This document shows, one piece after another, positions 52,065-63,290 of a stretch of 64,000 bases of DNA. Numbering within the stretch: the first letter of the stretch is position 1; each line of letters opens with the position of its first letter. The notes under the pieces are model-generated. The model was not told the DNA's origin. It worked only from the letters and a program-made list of their open reading frames with translations, and searched no databases. The stretch lies in contig NC_047075.1 in the NCBI RefSeq assembly GCF_902459465.1, positions 6,138,001 through 6,202,000 of the forward strand, in the 5' to 3' direction. Position numbers and translations under genes: made by a program. The stretch is from Asterias rubens. Lineage: Eukaryota.

Positions 52065-53448
52065 GTGACTCGCGTGACAATCTCACTGGTTTTTCAACTT
52101 TTGAAAGATCTATACTCCAAAATATAACACATGGCTCTCATGTAACTCAATTTATATAAACTCAGTGAAGAGCCCTATAACAAAAAATAAAAAAGGAAAA
52201 CAAATTGTGTAGGTATCATGTTTTTATAGGAGTTCCAAAAATGTGACTCGCGTGACTGCCAAAAAATGAAAGGTGTTGCATCCCTGTATGCCATTGCCCA
52301 GTCGTGAGAACTCAGAGGAACTTTTTAGTTCCAGATCACTTTTTTTTTAAGTACAAGAGAAGCACTATATTATACAATAAAAAGTACAAAATAAAAAGTT
52401 TTAATAAAATAGAAAATTTGTTAAATGCAACGTGACTCGCGTGACAGAAGTTTGTGACTCGCGTGACAAGTGAGAAAATATACAATAACTAAACAGGATA
52501 CTGCATAACAAGAACATTTTATTTCATTCAGAACACTCAGAACTTGAAATTGAATCTTTTCATAAAAGGAAGAAACACCTGAAGCAACATTTAAAGGAAA
52601 AATAATCTGAACAGGCTTTGACTTAAACATGGTAATGTTGGGGTGGTTCTGAAAAGAATTGGTGGTTTAACAACACTGTCTGGTCGAAACGTTGAGTTGT
52701 TAAACCACCGGTTCTTTTCAGAACCACGCAAACCTATAGAGAGAACCCTTACTAGAAATTATTATATTGTTTTGTGATTGGGTAAAGGACTTTTTTCTCA
52801 CTATGCTTGGCAGAGTGGTTAAGAAACCACAAATTTTGGTGTGGAGTTCTAATGGCATTAGACTGTGTTAGGCTGAGTACATGTAAATTCTGATAAGTAA
52901 TTTCTTTATTGATGCCCCCCTCCAAATCTAACTTAAGAATACTGTCTTAAAATATCCAGTTTCATCAAATATTTTTGTTTGTTCTTGTTTTAAGTTTATC
53001 ATTCCTTGTATTATTTAAATAATGCAGGTAAATTATTCAGATGTGAGCACATTGTACAGTGCAGTATGCAGTGTACATGTAGTTCAACATGATCTGCTGA
53101 CAATGTGCCAAGTTATAATTGTACACTAATAATTCCTTGTTCTAACAAAAAATTGGGCATAGTAGTATGTTCCAGTGGGCTGGGGTGCTTTGGTAACATT
53201 CCATAGACATCATCCCCAGAATACTTTGGTAGCTTTTGCTAACCATGTGCATTAAGTGCATTTGCCGTGACTCGCGTGACAAACTCGAGGGTGTTTTTTT
53301 TTTTTAGGTAGAAGGCCTAAGTAAAAAAAAATAATTCATTCTTGAAAGACCCTTTGAAAAGACCACTATTATGAGAGAGAAGAAAAAAAATGTTATGGGT
53401 CTATAATAGAAAAAATACTATAATCATTGTTTTTGTGACTCGCGTGAC
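52065..53448 (+). repeat. Six dispersed exact copies of GTGACTCGCGTGAC
   Basis: At 52065, 52243, 52432, 52454, 53267, 53435, all in the same orientation. Confidence 0.9.
52643..52728. repeat. ~86-bp hairpin
   Basis: GTGGTTCTGAAAAGAA..GGTGGTTTAACAAC / GTTGTTAAACCACC..TTCTTTTCAGAACCAC. Confidence 0.75.
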
Positions 53449-54110
53449 AGTAAAACGAGGGTAAAAATTAACTCCCATTTTTCAAAAGTTAATAGTTCAA
53501 AAAGGCATATTTAATTTTGGCGGTCCTTACTAATGACTCTTTGTTGTTTATACATAATGATTAAATCTGAACACCTATTGCTTCATGATTTTTTTTTCAA
53601 AACCTGAATTTCAAGGATTTTTCAGACTTTTGTGTACACTTTTTACCCTTTACTCCCAAGGCTGTCGCAAAAAAAATAAAGAATATTTTTATAAAGTCTT
53701 TTTAGAAGAAGAAGCACTAGGTGTTCTTGTTCCAAAATAAATGTAAAAACTTTAACAATAACCATTTTAAATTTTTCACTATGAAGCGCAAATACCACGG
53801 AATGGCTGATAAGACAAACTTCTTTTTGAGTGTGCGATGTCATGGATGTAATAAATGTACACCACATACTCGTGTACTGTACATTCACATAGATCAGACA
53901 CGGCGTGTTATAGAGTCGAGCATACATGTACATACAGTGTACAAAACACACGCGCCTAAGCTTGTATGCAACAACTTTGCAATGAATAATTCATAAGCAA
54001 TAAGCAAGACTCAGCCAATGAGAGCGAGGTATGCAAATCTTGGCCTTTACCATCCTGGAAAAAAACAATTCGCGCTCCTGGATAGACTGGCCGCTGTGGG
54101 GCCGAGCGAA

Positions 54111-54505
54111 TGAAAGGCAGTGGACACTATTGGTTATTGTCAAAGACCAGTCTTCTCACTTGGTGTATCTCAACATATGCATAAAATAACAAACCTGTGA
54201 AAATTTGAGCGCGATCGGTCGTCTTCGGAGTTGCGAGATAACTATGAAAAAAAAAAAAAAACACCCTTGTCACACCATAGAGCAAGGTCACACTTATTCC
54301 TCCATGGTCACACGAAGTTGTGTGCTTTCAGATGCTTGATTTCGAGACCTCAAGTTCTAAACCTGAGGTCTCGAAATCAAATTCGTGGAAAATTACTTCT
54401 TTCTCGAAAACTACGTCACATCAGAGGGAGCCGTTTCTCACAATGTTTTATACTATCAACCTCTCCCCATTACTCGTTACCAAGTAAAAGGTTTTAGTGT
54501 CCACT
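54111..54505. mobile_element. TTAA-type MITE, right end truncated
   Basis: AAAGGCAGTGGACACTATTGG start and family-typical interior with the GATTTCGAGACCTCA hairpin. Confidence 0.75.
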
Positions 54506-55397
54506 AGAATTTGTTCACATAATTACTGACCTAAGTTGACTTGACTTATACTAAATTTATGCTACCTTTTAATTTAATGTTACCTCTGAGTTAGAGTTAG
54601 GTCATTGATATTTTCTTTTATACTTATTTTAAAAAAAAGTTACTGGTAAAACCATAAATTAATTACAAAATTCGTTAAAATTAGAAAAGAGGGGGGTCCG
54701 AAATGTTACCACCTTTAACTGCATGGATTCTATTTTCCTCCATTTCCTGAATACGCGGCCAGACATCGGGCCAGAAACCCGGCCGGAAACACGGCTAGCT
54801 AGCTGAACAGTAGTTCGAGCATGATGTCGCGACGATTGAGTCATCGCAGATGAGCAGCTGGGCCCCAGAGGAGCAGGGCAGGGCAGGAACATAAACATCC
54901 AAGGTAAAAGTGAAGTGGACATGCTCAAGTTCTAGTTTGTAATTCAAGTTTTGTAAAGGACTTTCCGTACGGCGCCACCACTTTTTCACTCATTTGTACG
55001 TTTGTACAAAAAGGGATAGGTAGGTAGGGCCTCGGTTTCATCACTGTCAGTGTCACCATCCATTACCATGAATACTGCTGGTGACAGTGATGAGACCGAT
55101 GTAAAAGCGGAGCCATTAACAGCTCAACAAGGTGGGCTAAGTAGGGCCTATCTCTTGGTCTTGTCACTTGCTAAAGTGTCTTGACAGACAGTGACTTGAG
55201 GATGTATCCTATCCTGATTCCTGGTGTCATGTGTTTTCACTCTTCCAAACCAGTCATGCCAGTAGGATAACAGCCTAACTAAATAGGAAAATTTTTCACA
55301 ATCAAAAATTTAATTATTATTTTTTTAAATCATCTATCCAACATTTTTACAATGACACTTATTTATTGCGATAACGTAACCCTCCTCCCAACGGCCG

Positions 55398-56116
55398 CCA
55401 GGCTGGAGGGTTATGAGATTGTTTCGAGCGGCAACGGTTGATATGGTCCATCACGTACAATTTCGACAGCTAGTCACCAGATTTGCCCCATTTTTACCAC
55501 TTTCAAAAATCATGACACAAATTCTGAGGGTACGAACTTAATCCGCAATGTCTAATGCAGCCTGCCACAGTACTATCTGTAAACACCATTGGTTGACGGA
55601 ATATTTCAAAGACGGAATATTTCAAAGAAAAATTGACAAAAACTTACCAGAACCGGAGCGAAATTCACAGTTTCAAAAATGTTGAACCTGTAGGGGCGGA
55701 GCTTCGGCTCTACGTGTGTGACGTGTAGTTCAAAAGGTGGGGTTCATTGTGTTGCCCCGCAACTGTGCACACCACCCCACGCATTGCCACGACCTTTTGA
55801 ACTACACATCACACACGTAGAGCCGAAGATCCGCCCCACGCAGGTTTGACATTTGAACCTGTGAAATCGCTCCGGTTCTGGTAAGTTTTTGTCAATTTTT
55901 CTTCGAAATATTTCCTCAATTGGTGTTTTGAGTATTATGGCAGGCTGCACTAGACATTCATGACATTGCGTATTAAGTTCGTACCCTCAGAATTTTTGTC
56001 ATGATTTTTGATAGTGGTAAAAATGGGGCAAATCTGGAGACTAGCTGTCGAAGTTGTACGTGTTGGACCAGATCAACCGTTGCCGCTCGAAACAATCTCG
56101 TAACCCTCCAGCCTGG
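55398..56116. mobile_element. Foldback element, ~340-bp arms and ~50-bp loop
   Basis: CCAGGCTGGAGGGTTATGAGATTGTTTCGAGCGGCAACGG... versus ...CCGTTGCCGCTCGAAACAATCTCGTAACCCTCCAGCCTGG; homology continues to the centre. Confidence 0.85.
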
Positions 56117-56671
56117 ATTATCACAACTATGACACTTACACTTCATTCATCGTGTCGTGACTCGTGTGATTCGTGTGTTGAAATCTTTAAAAAGTTTAGT
56201 TTTTCTGTTTCGAGTGATACTCCACTATTTACATTTTGCTAATTTAATGCGTTTACGACATTTAGGTTTCGAATAGTGTTGGAGAGACGTCATATGTTTT
56301 CAAACCTTTCATTGGTTGGTATTTTATTGAATATTCAGAAGCTAGTATATGCAAAATAAATCAACAATCTCATTCAATTACGGTTTATTTAACAAATATT
56401 TTGTCCCAAGACATTGATAAGAATCTGGAGATATCACAAGGCTACTTCTAGAAACTATAAATATAAGGCCCCCCGTGAGCCTTTAATAGGGGTCTAGTTT
56501 AATATTTTGGACCTCCTTTACGCTATACGTTTTTTAAATCGGTGTAGATGAAAGTTTTATATTTACGACCATTTAAAGCCACCAATAAAAATAACTGAAG
56601 TTTCCTTTGTACTATTACACAACCAAAACCTTCCCAACACACTCAATATGTACATATATCATAAATGCTTG

Positions 56672-57218
56672 CATTGCCTTTTTTTGAGTGAAATTAAAAA
56701 AAACATCTTCAAAAAATGCAATTTTCTGCTCGGTACTCACTGGGTTTTTTTCTGCCGCATCACCCATTTTTTGACTTCTCACTAATATGCGCAACGCTTT
56801 ATTTTTTTGGTCACCAAGCGCTGAACTGCGTGTACCAGCATATTGGATTGACGAACTGCTGGCTGCGGCCGAGTTAGACTAAACCATTCTGTGAAAGGGG
56901 TGTTAAAAGGTAGTGCGTGCAAGCTATATGCCTGAATGGCGGGTATTGTAAACGGACAGCGCCCACGCATTGCCGCACTGCCTTGTTTGTAACACCCCTT
57001 TCACAGATTGGTTTAGTCCGACTCGGCCGCAGCTCGGCAGTTCGTCGATCTAGTAGGCTGGTACCTGCGTGTACAGCGCTTCGTGACCCAAAAAATAAAG
57101 CGTTGAGCATATTAAGAAGTCAAAAAACGTGCGTCGCTACAGAAAAACAACAGTGATTACTGAGCAGAAATTTCATTTTTGGGAGATGTTTTTTAATTTC
57201 ACTCAACAAAAGGTAATG
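56672..57218. mobile_element. Foldback element, ~230-bp arms and ~85-bp loop
   Basis: GAGTGAAATTAAAA / TTTTAATTTCACTC, CGCAACGCTTTATTTTTT / AAAAAATAAAGCGTTG, GCTGCGGCCGAGT / ACTCGGCCGCAGC, TGTGAAAGGGGTGTTA / TAACACCCCTTTCACA. Confidence 0.8.
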
Positions 57219-58844
57219 ATTTCAACTCCTGAAGGTACCTTGTGTATTTAAGGCAAAGAAGCAGTTTGAGTCAAGCGTCATCATGGCTACCCCTATAAAA
57301 CAAAACAACAAACATTAATTTAACCTTGGTTTTTTTTTTGTTAGACACTTGTAACTCGGACACCCAAATACAAATACTGTATGTATGTAAGTCTCTAAAA
57401 CCTTATGATTGCATTTTTCAAGCTGTCTGTAATAATAAAAATACACAATGTATTAACCATTAACCCAATTTGTTAAATACACATGTAGGCCTATGATACA
57501 GAAAAACCAGCATTGATACTACGAACTAAGCCATGGAGTCTGGTGCCCGATGGGAGCCTCTTGTTTGTGTATACTGTCCACTGAAAGCTGGGAGCATTGA
57601 TGGTACAGATACTAGACCTCATGATAGAGCAGTTGAAAGAGCCATCAAGGTATGCAGGGGTTTCCCTTAACTTTTTTTTTCAATCGCCCGGCGGGCGAAT
57701 CAACCAAAATTCTTGATGGCCTGCAGGTTTTTTCACTAGCCCGCACATTATATTTAAAGTCACCTGGAAGTGGTATTTTTTTCAAAATGAAGCTTTTGTC
57801 ATTAATTTGATTTGATGAGTGGAATGTGAATAAACAGTTAATTAAAGGAACACGTTGCCTTCAGATTTCACAAAATTTCACGTTTGAGGGTGTTCCTTAT
57901 ACTTATTAAGAGTTGTTCTTGCAATAAAACACATTTAATGTGTTGTAATTAGTGAATGGTAATTAAAAAAAACAAACACTGACCTCTGACCCCGAAACAT
58001 GGCCCGCGAAATATATACGCTTTTCAAGCCGTCAAAACGATCGTCCGTTTATGCGCGATGCACAGCAGTTAGGCTGGCGCCGTAGCCAATGGCCTGGTAA
58101 ACCTACCAGAAGAACACGAGGTAATATACCGTTCTCTACCATACGACGTTGTGTGAAATGTAAACACACCATTTTGCTGTCAAAATGGATCGCCGAAAAA
58201 CACAGATTCAGCTCATTGCTCTACGCAAAGAGATGATTGAAGACACGTCCAAAAAGAAGGAAAGGACACGCCAATCAGGGTAAGAATAATGTAGTGGGAC
58301 ATGGACTAGCTGACGAGAGAGAGAGAACGGACCGTGATTGTTTATACCCAATGCAATGTTATTGTTAGTTATTATTGTGGACATGACACGTAAATTCACA
58401 GCCATGAGACAGCCGCAGCACTGAGTTGTGAGAGTACATAATGTACATGTACTATGACTAGTTTACATATAATTTTGTAGATCTATTCACTCGGTGCATA
58501 GATGGGGGTGGGGATTTGAATCGAGTGCCCAGCGTACTAATGACTTGGCATAATTTACCCTAATTTACTTTGATGCTACAAACAATTAAAAGAGTCGTTG
58601 TTCTGGCTGGGAAAGGGAGGGCTTTTGTAAAAATTGTAGAAGTACATTTTAAAAATAGTACAGATTTATGAAATGTTTTTTGTATATTTTTAACAGTTTA
58701 CCCAAAATATTGTACCCAAGTCAACTCGTACCCAAGTCAACCCAAATTCTTTCAAAGAAGTGTGACCTTTCAAACAATAAAAAATAGAATTTTCGAGAAC
58801 TAATATAATAAGTTATATCAATGGTTTTCAATTTCTTGTTGAAG

Positions 58845-59800
58845 GTACTATGTGAGCAGATGCCAGGACTTGGCGTAAACATCTTGGAGACCTCATCAAA
58901 CCCGGCACCTCCAAGTCCACATCATCCACCTCCGCAAAGCTCTTGCCAAGCTGGTGGGTTTGTACCAACTGTAGGGAGATGCCAATACAACAGGACAGGT
59001 CATGCTGCAAACAAAGGCCGCATGAATACTTCTCAAACTTGGCAGTAAGAGACTGATTATTTCATACTGTCAATGGCATGTGCATGTATAACAATATACA
59101 CATGTACTGTCAAAGCAGTCCAGTTTTGTTACATGATATTTTGATCTGTGTCCCCCCCCCCCAAAAAAAAAAAAGGAAACAAAGTAAATGTGTAAACAAA
59201 CATTTAATAAGGAAACACAAATTTAAGCTTTCATTCATTGTAGTGACTTGTAAACAGCCTCCTTAGCCAACGTTGCATTACCAAAATACTTCACACTGAA
59301 CAGCCATATCCTAATAACATCATGTCTTTGACCAGCAGCCGATTTCACGAAACTTTACGCAACTGCGTAAGTCCACTTGTGCAACGTTTATGGAGCAACT
59401 TGCGCCATTAAAATTGCGCAAGTGGACTCACGCAGTTGCGTAAAGTTTCGTGAGAAATCGGCTGCAGGGAGGTAGTATTTGCTAAAATGTCACTTTAATG
59501 AATCAACATCAAGTGCATGGGTTTTATATTCCATATACAATTTTTATTTTGTTAATTGTTTCAAAAATTGTTGTGTTTATACTTGAAATGATCTTGAGGC
59601 ACCTTGTTCTGGACCACCATTAGAGTTGGCACGACATCACAGGGATGACATGTACACCAGGGCAGCATGATGTACACAACAAATGACTTTGCCACCCAGC
59701 CAGCCTTCACAGACAACATGTGTCATGTCAGAATGGTACTGGAAATAGAGTAACACTACCTGGTTACTGTGTTTGTAAAATCAGGGGTATATTTCCAGAT
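58845..59800 (+). pseudogene. Degenerate P2X7 C-terminal ballast-like (nanor/KolX-like) Cys-rich gene; exons 58845-59044 and ~59585-59800
   Basis: VLCEQMPGLGVNILE..Pro-rich..(frameshift)PSWWVCTNCREMPIQQDRSCCKQRP, then LVLDHH*..HRQHV..GTGNRVTLPGYCVCKIRGIFPD. These match the family motifs WCxCxxCxxMP..CC and RHxAYRQ..G.GNR..IPSC.V..IR..FP as recalled. Confidence 0.65.
59336..59464. mobile_element. MITE with ~50-bp TIRs and CAG TSD (PIF/Harbinger-like), in the intron of the ballast-like gene
   Basis: CAG|CAGCCGATTTCACGAAACTTTACGCAACTGCG...CGCAGTTGCGTAAAGTTTCGTGAGAAATCGGCTG|CAG. Confidence 0.85.
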
Positions 59801-61082
59801 AGTTTCAACTTTCATTTACACATGATTTATGCAAAACAGGTTTAACAAATGGCAATATTTCCCGTTGTCAACAAGTAGATTCTTATTCCTAAATTAACAC
59901 ATGTCAATACTTAAACTTATTATTATTTTTTTTTGCACATTACTTACGTCAACAAATCATTGAATGTGATGTGAGCAGAGTTTGTTTTCATCACAACGAC
60001 ATATGATTAAGTTTAATTTGAAGTACATGGCCAATTGTTTATACAATCATATTTATTGTATTATTTGAGATTTCGATATTTTGTAACAAAAAACACACAA
60101 GAACAACAAAATGCAAAAACATAAACAATCTGTATTCAAATAAATTTATCGGAAATATCTTTATTCTGTATTCATAAAGAGACATGGATCATAGATGCAA
60201 CAAGTTTGATAAACACAGTGCCATTTCAATTTTTTAACCTTAACCCTTGCAAGTGTATTTTGATTTCAAACCACATGCCTGTTATAAAATGCATGGTCAG
60301 AATGATGTTTTAGAACTAGTCATATTGTTGACTAGCAGACCATGTTAGTTCGAATAAGTAAAAGTTTTAAAGGAAAACCACCCAATTTCAAGTCATACTT
60401 GTGTTGATCATTCTATTCTACTTTTAAAACATCCTTTCTAACCATACAATGCATTTTACAACCAAATCACTCGATTTAAGGCATTGGTCTCTCTAAAGGG
60501 ACTTTATACCTTAGATGTTGGTAATTACTAAATTGTGATCATAAAACTCACTTGATAAAGTCTACATGATGAGAGGCATGTCAAAGGACTTGTTTCTATA
60601 CTGCAATGGTGTTTTTCTTTCACTGTTTCTTGCAGCTTTTATTGCCAAATTTAGCCCAAATTGTCATTGAGGAGATACACCAACTATTACTAAGGATACT
60701 GCATGGGACTATAGTGTTCTTTGACAAAGGACAAATTTAATTAATGTTTGCAAATACATCGTGTACTGCTGTGAATTGTAAAAACATGTCTCAATAAATT
60801 GACCATATTGTTTTATAAAGTTCCTATAAATTTGTGACAAAGATTCTATTTGATTACATACAAACTCTAGAACTTGCCAATAATGCTAACAATTCACTGA
60901 CCTTATGTCTTATGCACACCTGTACAGACATTTTTGTAGCCAAATTGTGGAAATTAAATTGAAGAAGTGGAAAATCTGGATTTGTGTTTTGCTACAAGTT
61001 CTTCTGTTGGTAGTAGTGGTGGTGGTATTAGGGGGGGGGGGATGGCGGCTGTGGGTAGAAGCCATCCTTGCACCATTAGCGG

Positions 61083-61452
61083 TAAGCCTGGGCGACTAGT
61101 GTCGGACTCCAACTATTGAATCCTTAGTCGAGTCGCGACTATTGTTTTCAACTATCCGGTTAAACGTGCTACAAAAATAGTAAAAAAAAAATTGTGTCTA
61201 CCTGTTTGGTGAACCAATTTAGTCGCTCATTACTATTCATGACAACATAATTTACTTACAGAACACAGTCAGACATCAGTGACACAAATCTTCAATCTTT
61301 TCCGCTTGAATTAGACTATATTGTGCTTGCGGCACACATTGCCACAGTGCATCGTGATAATTAAAAATTTGTCGCGACTAGTGTCGTAGTCGCAACTATT
61401 GGATGGAGGTGCGACTAGTCGATTAGTAATTTTCACTGGTCGCCCAGGCCTA
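61083..61452. mobile_element. hAT-like MITE with 8-bp TSD
   Basis: TAAGCCTGGGCGACTAGTG ... CACTGGTCGCCCAGGCCTA; flanks ATTAGCGG / ATTAGCAG (7/8); internal GCGACTA subterminal repeats. Confidence 0.8.
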
Positions 61453-61690
61453 ATTAGCAGAGTTTTCCTGTCCTGCGAAGAAGCTGGTTGTCATCTAACC
61501 GTGCTTGGAAAACTTCTTTGATGTACGTGTACTCTTTCTTGTCCATACTGGCTTCAATAATCACATCACCACCCAACTTTCACTGTGACCTGGCAATCAA
61601 GTATCAATACAAAAATGTTACAAAATAATAAAATTGTTCCCCGTTTCTGATTTTGTTTTGTAATTTTTGAAAAGAGTTCTTCTAGACTAT

Positions 61691-61851
61691 GGCCCTTTTT
61701 GAAACCTAGGCTTTGGCTTTGGATTCAGCTCGGGCTAGCTTGGCCCAGCAGATGTTTGGACAATACTGAGCGTGCTTTGCGTAGGGATTCAGACAAGAGG
61801 ACGGAGTCTGAAGCCGAATCCAAAGCCGAAGCCGTGGTTTCGAAAAGGGCC
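61691..61851. mobile_element. MITE with ~40-bp TIRs and TAT 3-bp flanks (Tourist/Harbinger-like)
   Basis: TAT|GGCCCTTTTTGAAACC..GGCTTTGGATTC ... GAATCCAAAGCC..GGTTTCGAAAAGGGCC|TAT. Confidence 0.75.
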
Positions 61852-63290
61852 TATGGAGGCTTCATTTTTGTGGACAAGAGTATTACTTTATTTTAGCTTT
61901 CCTTGCCAACTACCATTTGCAGTATGTGCTCCCTGTTCAGATGCATCGCACAGTAAATTTTGCTGTCAAATGATTCTGAGCAATGTAAACAGGAGCTACC
62001 TCAAATAGTACCGTCCAAGACCAAGGTCAAGGAATTACATCCCCATAATAGACATCAACATTATTTTATAAAACAATGAATGTATACCCCGAAGAAAGGA
62101 TCATGTTGGCAAATAAGACAAGTGACATCTATCCTATGGCGATGGACTAGTATTAGATAGACACCACTGTCCTGTTGCCCTGTGACTCTACATGTACATG
62201 CAAACAGATTAGAGAAAGGACAGAGAAGTAAAGTCCCTGTAATTTTGTATCTAAAAACGAACTGTGGGGTATATGTGACTCGCAATTGCATACTATACTT
62301 ACGCGGTAAACACGGTAAACGCCTCTCCGACATGTCTGAGCAGATGTTTTATGAGAGGATGAATTCTCTAGCTGTAGTTTTGTTTCAACTCCACTCGCTA
62401 GTTAGTATTAAATAATCTCGTCTTTTTGCTGCAAAGGCCCGAGGCAAAAAGAGACACACGACTACAGAATCACATGCACTATTAGTATTAGTAAAACGGG
62501 TACTAGACATTCTTTCGTGTACAAAGTATTCGCATTACTAGACTGGCCCCGCTAAAATCCTACATCGTACGAGCAAGAACGGGGAGTTCAGTGCGTCTGG
62601 GGAGGTCTGGCCGCGGGGGATGATGGCCCGCTGGACGGCAGCCGCTCGGCCCCGGGACGTGGGCTGAACTTGCTGCTTAGATAGATTTATAAAAAGTTAA
62701 TTCAACGTAGGCCCTTTTATTTTTGTTCATGAACTGTTTTTTGTTGTTGGTAACCATGGAGGAAGAGATAGATACAAATGGGGTTCGTAAAATGGTTAAT
62801 AATTGCTCAGTCGTATAGTTCAACGGCTGCGACTGGAAATAAGACTAGTGAATTTGGCGGCCATTTATGGGAGTCAAAATCTTGACCCCCACAAATGGCA
62901 GAGCATTTTGTTTCGAGAAAGTTAGCAAAAGCGAAGCATTTCTAAGGCATGTTTGTGTAGATCATTATATTCTACTTTTTTAACATCTTTCCAACCGTAA
63001 TCATTTTACATCAAACGCTTGTCATAGCCCAAAAACGCCCAATAAAGCGCAACCCGAAGCCAACGTGTCCCTTTAAGGTTCTCAAAAATGAGAATTTTAT
63101 TTACAAATTTAAGAGTAGGCCCGACCCCAAAGGGCGTTGTTCGTGACGTCAATAGAGGCGCTATATTTGAAGAGGAAATGTGTAGTCTGGCCCCGTACAG
63201 TACGTCTGCGTACCTGATCGGTATGATGTCTAGTACAGAACGGAGCAGACTGCACGCACTGCGGCTGCTGCGCATCACGGACGGTCCACT

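Larger units (their letters stand above)
43924..54073 (-). mobile_element. Mutator-like (MULE) DNA transposon, ~10.1 kb
   Basis: 49-bp inverted repeats at 43937-43985 and 54012-54060 (48/49 match) bracket a MULE transposase gene; no 9-bp TSD found, so exact ends are uncertain. Confidence 0.65.

Noticed and set aside
52800-52875. tRNA gene
   Set aside because: Only an A-box-like TGGCAGAGTGG; no cloverleaf or B-box, at most a SINE head fragment
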